Below, piece by piece: positions 37,694 to 46,351 of a stretch of 64,000 nt of DNA. Origin of the DNA: Prevotellaceae bacterium (lineage in GTDB: Bacteria; Bacteroidota; Bacteroidia; Bacteroidales; Bacteroidaceae); contig JAUNOM010000002.1 of NCBI GenBank assembly GCA_030531085.1, positions 11,094 through 75,093 of the forward strand, in the 5' to 3' direction. Each line of letters starts with the position of its first letter. Within the stretch, counting starts at the first letter, position 1. The notes below the pieces were generated by a model, which did no database searches, was not told the origin of the DNA, and worked only from the letters and a program-made list of their open reading frames with translations. A program made the translations under genes and the position numbers.

Positions 37694-38677
37694 CTACTTT
37701 ATTATCACAGACATTCCTGGACGCAGCCCCTCCAAAGACTCCGTTGGGCGTGCCTTTACCTCAAAAGTCTTCATGTCATACTGCCCGTTAGTCTTCGTAG
37801 CCTTCCATGTTGCATAGCTGCCCTGGTCCTTTATCGACGTCACCTTGAATGTCATCTCCTTGTTAAATGCCGGTACATACGCCTTGAAAGTGTCACCATT
37901 CTTCATTCCGTTAAGCTGATCCTCACGTATGTTGAACGATCCCCATACGTCATTCATTATGCTTATCGTCATTATCGGTGAGCCACTGCCCACAAGTTCT
38001 CCCACCTTGGGATATATAGTGGACACCTCGCCCTCCATCTGCGCGGTCTGCACCGTCTCGTTGATATACGACTCCACCTCGTTAACGGCTCCCTTAGCCC
38101 TTGCCACCTGCGCCTTTGCCGCAGCCTTCTCCTCCTTCCGTGCTCCATTCACGGCCATGTCATACTGGCTCTTGGCGGCTTTCTCCTGCGCTTCATAGAC
38201 TTTGTAGCTGGCGTATGCCTCATCACGTTTCTGTTCTGTCATCACTCCCTCGTCAAAAAGCCTCTGCACACGCTCGTATGACTTCCTGTGTATCTCCAGT
38301 GCGGCCTTTGCCTGCTGCCACAGCTCATACGCTCCGCGCACCTGTTCCCTTCTTGCTCCGGCCTGCGCCATATCACTCATGGCCGCAGCGGCGCCTTCCG
38401 CCCCCTCGGCCTGCTGCCTCTTCGCCACAAGGTCGGGCGCATCGAGGATGGCGAGGGTATCGCCTACGTGTACATAGTCACCCTCCTTTACCCGCAGTTC
38501 CAGTATACGTGCCGGCACTTTACTTGACACTCTGTATTCCTCAACGTCTATCTGTCCCTGTATCACCTCCTGCTCTTTTCCTATAGTGAAGTATCCTATG
38601 GCACCAATCACCACCACCACTGCGGTGAATACCGCAAGGGCCGCCATAACACTTTTATGTTGCGCTTTATTTTCCAT
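37694..38677 (-). CDS. HlyD family periplasmic adaptor
   Basis: VSSKVPARILELRVKEGDYVHVGD; coiled coil; LRPGMSV. Confidence 0.92.
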   Translation of the reverse strand: MENKAQHKSVMAALAVFTAVVVVIGAIGYFTIGKEQEVIQGQIDVEEYRVSSKVPARILELRVKEGDYVHVGDTLAILDAPDLVAKRQQAEGAEGAAAAMSDMAQAGARREQVRGAYELWQQAKAALEIHRKSYERVQRLFDEGVMTEQKRDEAYASYKVYEAQEKAAKSQYDMAVNGARKEEKAAAKAQVARAKGAVNEVESYINETVQTAQMEGEVSTIYPKVGELVGSGSPIMTISIMNDVWGSFNIREDQLNGMKNGDTFKAYVPAFNKEMTFKVTSIKDQGSYATWKATKTNGQYDMKTFEVKARPTESLEGLRPGMSVIIK

Positions 38678-38711
38678 ATCTATATTAATGCAATGCTTAT
38701 TACTCCGTTCC

Positions 38712-40259
38712 TTAATCCCTTATAGACAAAGCCTTCCTTAATGCGGTCTCGCTCAGCTTCATCTCCACTTCCGCGTCTATCTTCTGCGTCTGTGCCTGCA
38801 GCCATGCCGTCTGTGCCGCCATGACATCTGTCGTCTGCATCACCCCTTCCCTAAATCCAAGGTCCGCACACCGCAGGTTCTCTTCCGCCCTCTCTATGTT
38901 CTTTTTGGCCGTTGCGAGGTTCTTTCCTGATTCCTTTATTCTGAAAGCGCACTGGCTTATCTGCAGTTCCACCAGTTCCTCGGCCTCACTCAGCTTCAAC
39001 TGCGCCAGAGTGGTGGCGCACTTCGCCGCGCGTATGGCGTACATCGTCTCTCCCCAGTCCAGAACGGGTATCCTCACCATCACTCCCACGTTGAACGCTC
39101 CCTTGAACTTGCGCTCAAAGCTGTTATAAACACTTGGGTTTGAGAACAGGACTCCTGTTGTCAATGCCACCTGAGGCAGGTGTCCCGCACGGGCAATCCT
39201 TGTCTGTTGGCGTGTCAGCTCTATCGCATCATTCAACATACGCAGCTCATGCCGCCGCTCCATGGCATCCTCCACATCGTATTCACCTACCGGCGCTGCG
39301 GCTATCTCCTCCTTGTCCTCATCCTCAAGAGTTATATTTGAGTCCAGTGGCATTCCGCACAACTGGCAAAGGCTCATCTTCGCCAGCGCCAGACCATTGT
39401 CCACCTTCGACTTTGTCATGTCCGCATCGTTCACAGCCACACTGACTTTCAGTCCGTCAGCCCTTGTGGCAACTCCGTTCTTTATCATCTTCTGCACGTC
39501 GCTCTCCAGTTTCCTCACCAGTTTCAGATACCCCTCCGCCAGTCTCTGCTTCTGTTTCAGCGCCACCACAGTCCAATAAGTGTTGTCGATGCGGTATCTC
39601 ACGTCATCCTCGGTAGCCTCTATGCCCGTATCAGCCATCCGCTCCGCGATGTCCGCCATCCTATTGCCCGCTGTCACCGCTCCGCCCATATACAAAGGCT
39701 GTGTCAATACGGCCGACGCTGTATATATGTTATGCGTGTTTGTCGTAAAGGCATCAACGATATGCTGGCCTATTGCATCGCCTGCCACCGCCAGTTGCTG
39801 CGCCATCTCCTGTCCCATTTTACCGAAAGACGCCGCTGTCTGACTGGCTATGTTGCCAAAAGCCTGCGCCTGTGCCGGTGTTATCACCCCCTGCGCCGCC
39901 AGCTTCTGTATACTGTTTGCCATCTCCTGCTGCACCTGTCCGGCCATGGGACCCATCTTGTCCCCAAGCGTATGCATGGTGGTTGTGCCGGCATTGCTCA
40001 GTATGTCCTGCTGCCTGTCGCTCAATATGGACAGTTCTCTGCTTGAGTACACATAGCCTCCCGCCACGTCAATGCGTGGCAGGTGTTTGGTACGCGCGGC
40101 CTTGCGCGCATTTTCCGCAGCCTTCTTCTTCACCCTTGCCATTCCCAGTTGCTTATTCGCACGCAATGCCCTCGCCCGGCATGAGTCCAGCGACAGTGTC
40201 TCTGCATAGGTCGCAGCCACAGAGAGAAGACACATTAATAATATGACGTATTTTTTCAT
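38712..40259 (-). CDS. TolC family outer-membrane channel
   Basis: LSLDSCRARALRAN, LTQPLYMGG, FREGVMQTTDVMAAQ. Confidence 0.9.
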   Translation of the reverse strand: MKKYVILLMCLLSVAATYAETLSLDSCRARALRANKQLGMARVKKKAAENARKAARTKHLPRIDVAGGYVYSSRELSILSDRQQDILSNAGTTTMHTLGDKMGPMAGQVQQEMANSIQKLAAQGVITPAQAQAFGNIASQTAASFGKMGQEMAQQLAVAGDAIGQHIVDAFTTNTHNIYTASAVLTQPLYMGGAVTAGNRMADIAERMADTGIEATEDDVRYRIDNTYWTVVALKQKQRLAEGYLKLVRKLESDVQKMIKNGVATRADGLKVSVAVNDADMTKSKVDNGLALAKMSLCQLCGMPLDSNITLEDEDKEEIAAAPVGEYDVEDAMERRHELRMLNDAIELTRQQTRIARAGHLPQVALTTGVLFSNPSVYNSFERKFKGAFNVGVMVRIPVLDWGETMYAIRAAKCATTLAQLKLSEAEELVELQISQCAFRIKESGKNLATAKKNIERAEENLRCADLGFREGVMQTTDVMAAQTAWLQAQTQKIDAEVEMKLSETALRKALSIRD

Positions 40260-40320
40260 TATTGGTTTATTTGTGAATCATGTACAAGACCAAATCTGTT
40301 AAAGCGGCGTCATTGCCATA

Positions 40321-41091
40321 TCATTTCCTTATCACGAACCACACATGAGCCGCCAATGTCGTAAACAGTCCGTAATGCCTTACCATTATCCGGAAGCGCT
40401 CAATCAGGGAGGCGCGGTGGTTCTTTACTGTCAGCCCCCCGTCAAGGTACTTGCATAGGGTGATGTGGGTGTAGAACAGTCCGAGTCCCTGCCTTTCCGC
40501 CTCCCTCATTATGCGTATGCACCAGTCCACATCAGCCGAGAAGCGGTATCTGCGGTCATAGAGTATTCTCTTCACCATATCGGTACGGGCGTAGAAAGCC
40601 TGATGGCACACCAGCATTCCCATTCTGAACGAGCGCCATGTCAGCCGCTCAGGAGGCTGCAACCTACGCCGGTGCAGAAAACGTCCCTGCGCATCCACAA
40701 TGTCCGTATTGCCATATACCACGGCAGGGAGTTCCTTTCCCTCCCCCACTCCTATCATTGCGGCCACGCGCTCCAGTGTATTGTCATCCGCAAAGGTGTC
40801 ACCTGCGTTGAGAAACAGCACATAGTCGCCGCTGGCAATGCCTATCGCCTTGTTCATGGCATCATACAAGCCTCCGTCCCTCTCGCTTACCACTGTCACA
40901 ACATGGTGTGAACCGGCATCGCCGCACCTCCTGGCATACTGCCGTGCCATATCCGCCGTCCCGTCATCCGACAGCCCGTCCATAATGATATGTACCACAT
41001 TGGCATACGTCTGCCTTTCCACACTGTCAATGGTACGTGACAATTCCCTTACGGCATTGTATGTACAGGTTATAACGCAGAAAGTAATCAT
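40321..41091 (-). CDS. Glycosyltransferase family 2 (WcaE-like)
   Basis: IMDGLSDDGT, SERDGGLYDAMNKAI, FLNAGD, CHQAF. Confidence 0.9.
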   Translation of the reverse strand: MITFCVITCTYNAVRELSRTIDSVERQTYANVVHIIMDGLSDDGTADMARQYARRCGDAGSHHVVTVVSERDGGLYDAMNKAIGIASGDYVLFLNAGDTFADDNTLERVAAMIGVGEGKELPAVVYGNTDIVDAQGRFLHRRRLQPPERLTWRSFRMGMLVCHQAFYARTDMVKRILYDRRYRFSADVDWCIRIMREAERQGLGLFYTHITLCKYLDGGLTVKNHRASLIERFRIMVRHYGLFTTLAAHVWFVIRK

Positions 41092-41104
41092 CCCCCTATT
41101 CCTT

Positions 41105-41911
41105 TTAGAATACAGGCAGCGTCAGCAGCTGGTACATCAGAGTCTTGGCCATCCGCTCATGTCCCTTGCCGTTAGGGTGCAGGCGGTCGGTATCTGCATT
41201 GTTGAAATACTGCGCATACTCGTCCATCATGGGATACAGGCCCGTCAGCGCACCGAAGTCAATCACGGGCACAGCCCATACATCCGCCATCTCCTTTGTG
41301 GCGTCCACGTACGCCTTCAGATACTCTCCGCAGCTGTTGGTATAGTCCTCCGAGCACTGCCAGTTCTTCTCGTTGGCATGAAAGTTCTGCCTGTGCAGCG
41401 GTGTCAGCACCACAATCTGCTTCGTAGGATACATACGCTTCACCTTATTCATAGCGATGTTTATCCTACCACGGTATGTTGAGTTGTCCATGCACAGATA
41501 CTGGCGCGTGCGTTTGGTCATTTTCTTCGGCTGTCCGTGTCCGTACATCACCTCTTCCTCCTTCTCCTCGTACCATTTGCCGAGAGGCACCCCGTTATTA
41601 TAGTCGTTAGTGCCCATGAGTATGATTATTGCGTCCACGCTGTCCTTATGCTCCGCCATCAGTTTGTCGGCCTGACGCGGTATGTCGTTCCACTGTCTTC
41701 CGCTCACCGCATACACATACGGCGTTATGCCGAGCCACTCCTGCAACAGATGCCAGTACTTCTTTGCGGCCGCCTTGTTGCGGGGATCTGTTATGGAGTC
41801 GCCGAAATAGGCCACTTTCTTACCCTGCCACGGATGTACCAGCGGCATCTGCGCACTGCCGGACAGCGTCAACACCAGGAGTGTCAGCAATGTTAGGAAT
41901 TTCTTTTTCAT
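41105..41911 (-). CDS. SGNH/GDSL hydrolase (probable carbohydrate acetylesterase)
   Basis: FGDSIT, GTNDY, DRLHP. Confidence 0.88.
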   Translation of the reverse strand: MKKKFLTLLTLLVLTLSGSAQMPLVHPWQGKKVAYFGDSITDPRNKAAAKKYWHLLQEWLGITPYVYAVSGRQWNDIPRQADKLMAEHKDSVDAIIILMGTNDYNNGVPLGKWYEEKEEEVMYGHGQPKKMTKRTRQYLCMDNSTYRGRINIAMNKVKRMYPTKQIVVLTPLHRQNFHANEKNWQCSEDYTNSCGEYLKAYVDATKEMADVWAVPVIDFGALTGLYPMMDEYAQYFNNADTDRLHPNGKGHERMAKTLMYQLLTLPVF

Positions 41912-42045
41912 ACGCCTTATTATATTATTGTCATCTTACTCCCCACCTATTATATATATAGTACGGCGGAGGAACACTTTTTCTGTGCAAATTTACTAAA
42001 TTCTCTCCGTTCTACAAAAAATTGACTCATGTAATAAACAAATTA

Positions 42046-42106
42046 TGCCATTTTGACTATAGATAGTGACAATTTGACAATTAATATATGATGGTATATG
42101 CTTTGA
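42046..42106 (+). promoter_or_regulatory. Putative heat-shock regulatory region: TG(C/A)CA-N3-TGAC pairs and a sigma54-like -24/-12 box
   Basis: TGCCAtttTGAC at 42046, TGACAattTGACA at 42067, TGGTATATGCTTTGA at 42092. Confidence 0.45.
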
Positions 42107-42152
42107 GTAAAAGTGTGACAGAACAACAAATCAAGAAGAAAGGAGTTAGATT

Positions 42153-44261
42153 ATGATGAACCAACCAGAGATGACAAACAAGGAGGCGCTGCAGCGCTTT
42201 GCCAAGAATCTTGTGGGCGATGCCAAGGCCGGAAAGCTTGACCCTGTGATAGGGCGTGATGATGAAATCCGCAGAGTATTGCAGATTCTCTCACGAAGAA
42301 CGAAGAACAACCCCATCCTTATCGGCGAGCCGGGAACGGGAAAGACGGCCATTGCCGAGGGACTGGCACAGCGTATAGTGCGCGGTGACGTTCCGGAGAA
42401 CCTCAAGGACAAGGAAATCTACACCCTGGACATGGGCGCGCTGGTGGCAGGAGCCAAGTACAAGGGTGAGTTTGAGGAGAGACTGAAGGGCGTTATAAAC
42501 GCTGTGATAGAGTCAGAAGGCAAGACCATACTGTTCATTGACGAGATTCACACCCTCGTAGGTGCCGGCGGCGGCGACGGAGCGATGGATGCAGCCAACA
42601 TTCTGAAGCCTGCACTGGCCAGAGGCGAGCTGAGAGCTATCGGTGCAACCACACTTAACGAGTACCAGAAGTACTTCGAGAAGGACAAGGCGCTGGAAAG
42701 GCGTTTCCAGATTGTAATGGTTGACGAGCCGGACGAGCTGTCCGCCATCTCAATACTGCGTGGACTGAAGGAGCGTTATGAGAACCACCACCGCGTTCGT
42801 ATACAGGACGACGCCTGCATCGCTGCAGTGACGCTGTCAGAGCGGTACATCTCGGACCGTTTCCTGCCCGACAAGGCTATCGACTTGATGGACGAGGCGG
42901 CGGCAAAGCTGCGTATGGAGCGCGACTCCCTGCCCGAAGAGCTGGACGAGCTGGCACGAAGGCTGAAGCAACTGGAGATAGAACGCGAGGCGATAAAGCG
43001 TGAGAACGACAAGGAGAAACTCGCGGAGCTGAACAAGACCATCAACGTGCTGCAGGAGGAGGAGCTGCGTATGCGCTCAAAATGGGTGCAGGAGAAGAAC
43101 CTCGTGGACAAGATACAGCACGACAAGCAGCAGATGGAACGCCTGCGCTTCGAGGCTGACAAGGCAGAGCGTGAGGGTAACTACGGCAAGGTGGCCGAGA
43201 TACGGTACGGAAAGCTCAAGGAACTGGAGGAGGACATCCTCCGCGTACAGGAACAGATCAACGCCGAGGGCGCAGGAAAGATGGTACGCGAGGAGGTTAC
43301 GGCCGATGACATAGCAGAGGTGGTAAGCCGCTGGACTGGAATACCTATGACAAGGATGATGCAGAGCGAGAAGGACAAGCTGCTGCATCTTGAGGAAGAG
43401 CTGCACAAGCGTGTCATAGGACAGGACGAGGCCATACAGGCGGTGAGCGATGCTGTACGCCGCAGCCGCGCAGGACTACAGGATCCCAAGCGTCCGATAG
43501 CGTCCTTCATATTCCTCGGAACAACCGGTGTCGGCAAGACAGAACTGGCAAAGGCACTCGCGGACTACCTGTTCAACGACGAGTCAATGATAACGCGCAT
43601 TGATATGTCGGAGTATCAGGAGAAGTTCTCGGTAACGAGACTGATAGGAGCGCCTCCGGGTTACGTCGGATATGATGAGGGTGGACAGCTGACAGAGGCC
43701 GTAAGACGCAAGCCATACAGCGTCCTTCTATTTGACGAGATAGAGAAGGCGCACGCCGATGTGTTCAACATACTGCTGCAGGTGCTTGACGATGGACGGC
43801 TGACGGACTCTAAAGGCAGAGTGGTGAACTTCAAGAACACCATAATAATAATGACCTCCAACCTCACGAAGGATCAGCTTTACGGACGTCAGCCCATACT
43901 GGACGGCAACGGCATGGTGAAACCGCCCATACGTCCGGAGTTCCTGAACCGTATTGACGAGATTATCACCTTCAGCCAGCTGTCAAAAGACGAGATAGCC
44001 GCTGTGGTAAGACTGCAGATGAACCATGTGGCCGGGATGCTCGCAAAGCAAGGTTTCACGCTGAATGTAACGGATGCGGCTGTAGCCACACTCGCCGAGG
44101 CGGGTTATGACCCGGAGTTCGGAGCACGACCGGTGAAGAGGGCCATCCAGCGGGATGTGCTTAACGCGCTGTCCAAACAACTGCTTGCAGGGACAGTAAC
44201 CAACGACAGGCCCATAACAGTGGACAGTCACGAGGGCGTTATAACCTTCACCAACGCATAA
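42153..44261 (+). CDS. clpB: ClpB AAA+ disaggregase lacking the N-terminal domain
   Basis: [14 protein letters not shown]; NBD1 GEPGTGKT; M-domain coiled coil; NBD2 [13 protein letters not shown]; GARP; 702 aa. Confidence 0.92.
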   Translation: MMNQPEMTNKEALQRFAKNLVGDAKAGKLDPVIGRDDEIRRVLQILSRRTKNNPILIGEPGTGKTAIAEGLAQRIVRGDVPENLKDKEIYTLDMGALVAGAKYKGEFEERLKGVINAVIESEGKTILFIDEIHTLVGAGGGDGAMDAANILKPALARGELRAIGATTLNEYQKYFEKDKALERRFQIVMVDEPDELSAISILRGLKERYENHHRVRIQDDACIAAVTLSERYISDRFLPDKAIDLMDEAAAKLRMERDSLPEELDELARRLKQLEIEREAIKRENDKEKLAELNKTINVLQEEELRMRSKWVQEKNLVDKIQHDKQQMERLRFEADKAEREGNYGKVAEIRYGKLKELEEDILRVQEQINAEGAGKMVREEVTADDIAEVVSRWTGIPMTRMMQSEKDKLLHLEEELHKRVIGQDEAIQAVSDAVRRSRAGLQDPKRPIASFIFLGTTGVGKTELAKALADYLFNDESMITRIDMSEYQEKFSVTRLIGAPPGYVGYDEGGQLTEAVRRKPYSVLLFDEIEKAHADVFNILLQVLDDGRLTDSKGRVVNFKNTIIIMTSNLTKDQLYGRQPILDGNGMVKPPIRPEFLNRIDEIITFSQLSKDEIAAVVRLQMNHVAGMLAKQGFTLNVTDAAVATLAEAGYDPEFGARPVKRAIQRDVLNALSKQLLAGTVTNDRPITVDSHEGVITFTNA

Positions 44262-44270
44262 TATATGTAA

Positions 44271-44693
44271 TTACGGATTGTAAGTAAAAAGGCCTTTTTG
44301 CTTACAATCCGTTTTTTCGTACCCCCACGAGAATCGTTTATTTGAAAATTTTCTTTCCTCGGACGCGTACAGCGCATTCTCCGCGCAGCACGTTAATACT
44401 TTGATTATCTTTACGTTAACCGAACATACCATTTTAAAGTAGGCGAAAAGTGCCCTTAAACAGACGTTTTTCACACGTTTTGGGGCTCTTTTCACGCCAC
44501 AATATGATACAGATTGCAGGGTAATTTGATAGCTATTACAGTGTAATTAATATCATATTGCACGGTAATCAGATAGCTATTGCGCCTCAAAGTGGTAAAA
44601 GGCACGTTCGTTCTCTCTAAAACGCAAGGTGGAGACGACACTTTCAAAAACACTGACTGTAAGCAAAACGGGCCTTTTACTTACAATCTGTAA
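44271..44693. mobile_element. Putative non-autonomous ~423-bp element with hairpin-forming inverted termini (copy 2)
   Basis: TTACGGATTGTAAGTAAAAAGGCC / GGCCTTTTACTTACAATCTGTAA terminal inverted repeat; internal blocks are shared with 27710-28164. Confidence 0.6.
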
Positions 44694-44844
44694 GTTGATA
44701 TCTTTTACTTCAGCACGGAATTTCCTGCAAAAAGGTTAAAAGAAATGCACCTCTTTAAACCGCCAACCGAAGCGATGGCAGACTTATTTCATCACTTTTT
44801 TTATTTTTTCTCGCTTTTCTTTCTTTTGTTTCACAAAAATAATG

Positions 44845-44852
44845 TAAATTTG
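44845..44852 (+). promoter_or_regulatory. -7 box TAAATTTG driving the leader region
   Basis: Matches TAnnTTTG, 26 nt before the uORF ATG. Confidence 0.6.
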
Positions 44853-44878
44853 CAAGCGACATATATACAAGTGTAAAT

Positions 44879-45004
44879 ATGCGAATTGGACTACAAATCA
44901 TTTCCATATTTTCACTTATCATTATCCAACCCCACGCCGAGCCTTTGTTACGGCAACCCGTATTCAAAGGAGAAAGGGTGGGTGAAAGGATAACGACATA
45001 TTAA
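44879..45004 (+). CDS. Putative 41-aa leader peptide (uORF)
   Basis: Manual translation MRIGLQIISIFSLIIIQPHAEPLLRQPVFKGERVGERITTY*; overlaps one arm of the leader structure. Confidence 0.4.
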   Translation: MRIGLQIISIFSLIIIQPHAEPLLRQPVFKGERVGERITTY

Positions 45005-45295
45005 AAGGCGTTTACTTGGCGCTATGTTCTTGACGAACTGGAATCTAGCAAATTACCAAATTGAAGTCATGGACATTGCAACGGTAGATGACCCGGGTGT
45101 GATTTATATTACAGCCAATGGTGTTTCCTGGCAGCATGAATTGTACACATACCTCTCATGCGTATCAAGGAGCGCCGTATGGTGAATTATATTTCATATC
45201 GGCGTGGGTTCTAGCGTTGTCTGTTCAACTTCAATGGGTAATGCTAGAACCTCAGTTCGTGGGACAGACAACAAGGACGTTCCCACGCTTTTTTT
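44931..45295 (+). ncRNA. Candidate structured cis-regulatory leader RNA ending in an intrinsic terminator
   Basis: Multiple long-range complementary segments; final stem followed by T7 (45289-45295). Confidence 0.6.
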
Positions 45296-45365
45296 ATGCT
45301 CGTGAATTACAATTAACTAAAACCGCCATCATGGGGAACGGTTGGCCAACTTATAAAAAAACTAT

Positions 45366-45758
45366 ATGGCTATTGTAAAATGTTCCGAATGCGGAAAGGA
45401 AGTCTCTGACAAGGCTACGTCTTGTCCTAATTGTGGTGCACCACTTCAAACAGTTATTCAAGCACCTACACAAACAGTAGAAAAAGAAAAGATTATCGTT
45501 GTTAACAATTCATCATCAAATGGCTGTGGCATAGCTGGGTTTGTATTTGCCATATTGGGATTGTTTTTAGGTTGGATACCTGTTTTAGGATGGATAATAT
45601 GGTTTATTGGATTAATACTATGTTTTATCGGTCTGTTCAAAACACCCAGAACTATGGCTATAGTTGGATTATTCATTACATTTATAGAAGTATTTATTAT
45701 CTTAGCTATAGCAGGAACATTTGCAGCAGGTGCTTCAGCAATATCAAACAGTCTATAA
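45366..45758 (+). CDS. Zinc-ribbon membrane protein
   Basis: CSECG...CPNCG followed by three hydrophobic helices; AT-rich. Confidence 0.82.
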   Translation: MAIVKCSECGKEVSDKATSCPNCGAPLQTVIQAPTQTVEKEKIIVVNNSSSNGCGIAGFVFAILGLFLGWIPVLGWIIWFIGLILCFIGLFKTPRTMAIVGLFITFIEVFIILAIAGTFAAGASAISNSL

Positions 45759-45879
45759 TTACATAGAAAAGAAAGAACGATATCTTAACAACCAATCATA
45801 AGTACAATATAGTAAATCAACAAATTAACAAGTAAAGCATACAACCCAAAACATAATATTAACCTAAAACAAGAAGAAT

Positions 45880-46146
45880 ATGAACATTGAAGAAGCTAAG
45901 AGTGTTTTAAACACATTGAGTAAAGAATTCGACTCTCACGAGTTTATCAGGAAGTATATACAGGACTTTACTGTTTCATACGGTCAATTATTAATAGAAC
46001 GCAAACAAGTAGAATTAGCGCATGGAGCAATAGGCATATTTCTTTCGCAGCATTCTGATGAACTCGGCATTAATTGTACTGGTAAGCATAAATCTATAGA
46101 CATCTTTAATAATGAGTCTTCGTGCGCAACATGGAGTAAACTATAA
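45880..46146 (+). CDS. Small hypothetical protein (88 aa)
   Basis: Clean ORF with an A-rich translation-initiation region, followed by a terminator. Confidence 0.7.
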   Translation: MNIEEAKSVLNTLSKEFDSHEFIRKYIQDFTVSYGQLLIERKQVELAHGAIGIFLSQHSDELGINCTGKHKSIDIFNNESSCATWSKL

Positions 46147-46182
46147 TCCGGCAGATCTCACAACTAACAATACAGCGCGACC

Positions 46183-46224
46183 ATCAAGTCCCCTACAGGA
46201 GTGCATTCCTATGGGGGACTTGAT
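46183..46224 (+). terminator. Stem-loop terminator
   Basis: ATCAAGTCCCC..AGGA / TCCT..GGGGACTTGAT. Confidence 0.65.
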
Positions 46225-46351
46225 TATTGTATAGCCATCCGCATTGGTTAAAAAACATTAATTGTATAGTATGTTTTATACCTCATCATAAAAAAATCAT
46301 TACCTTTGCTTCAACATTAAGTGTATGCAAGCCTAAAAACTAATAACCAGA

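Noticed and set aside
44931-45208. Retron msr-msd suggested by the long-range inverted repeat
   Set aside because: No reverse transcriptase nearby; the terminator and uORF fit a cis leader better.
45118-45378. 86-aa ORF in the track
   Set aside because: Runs through the structured leader and terminator and has no recognisable protein features.
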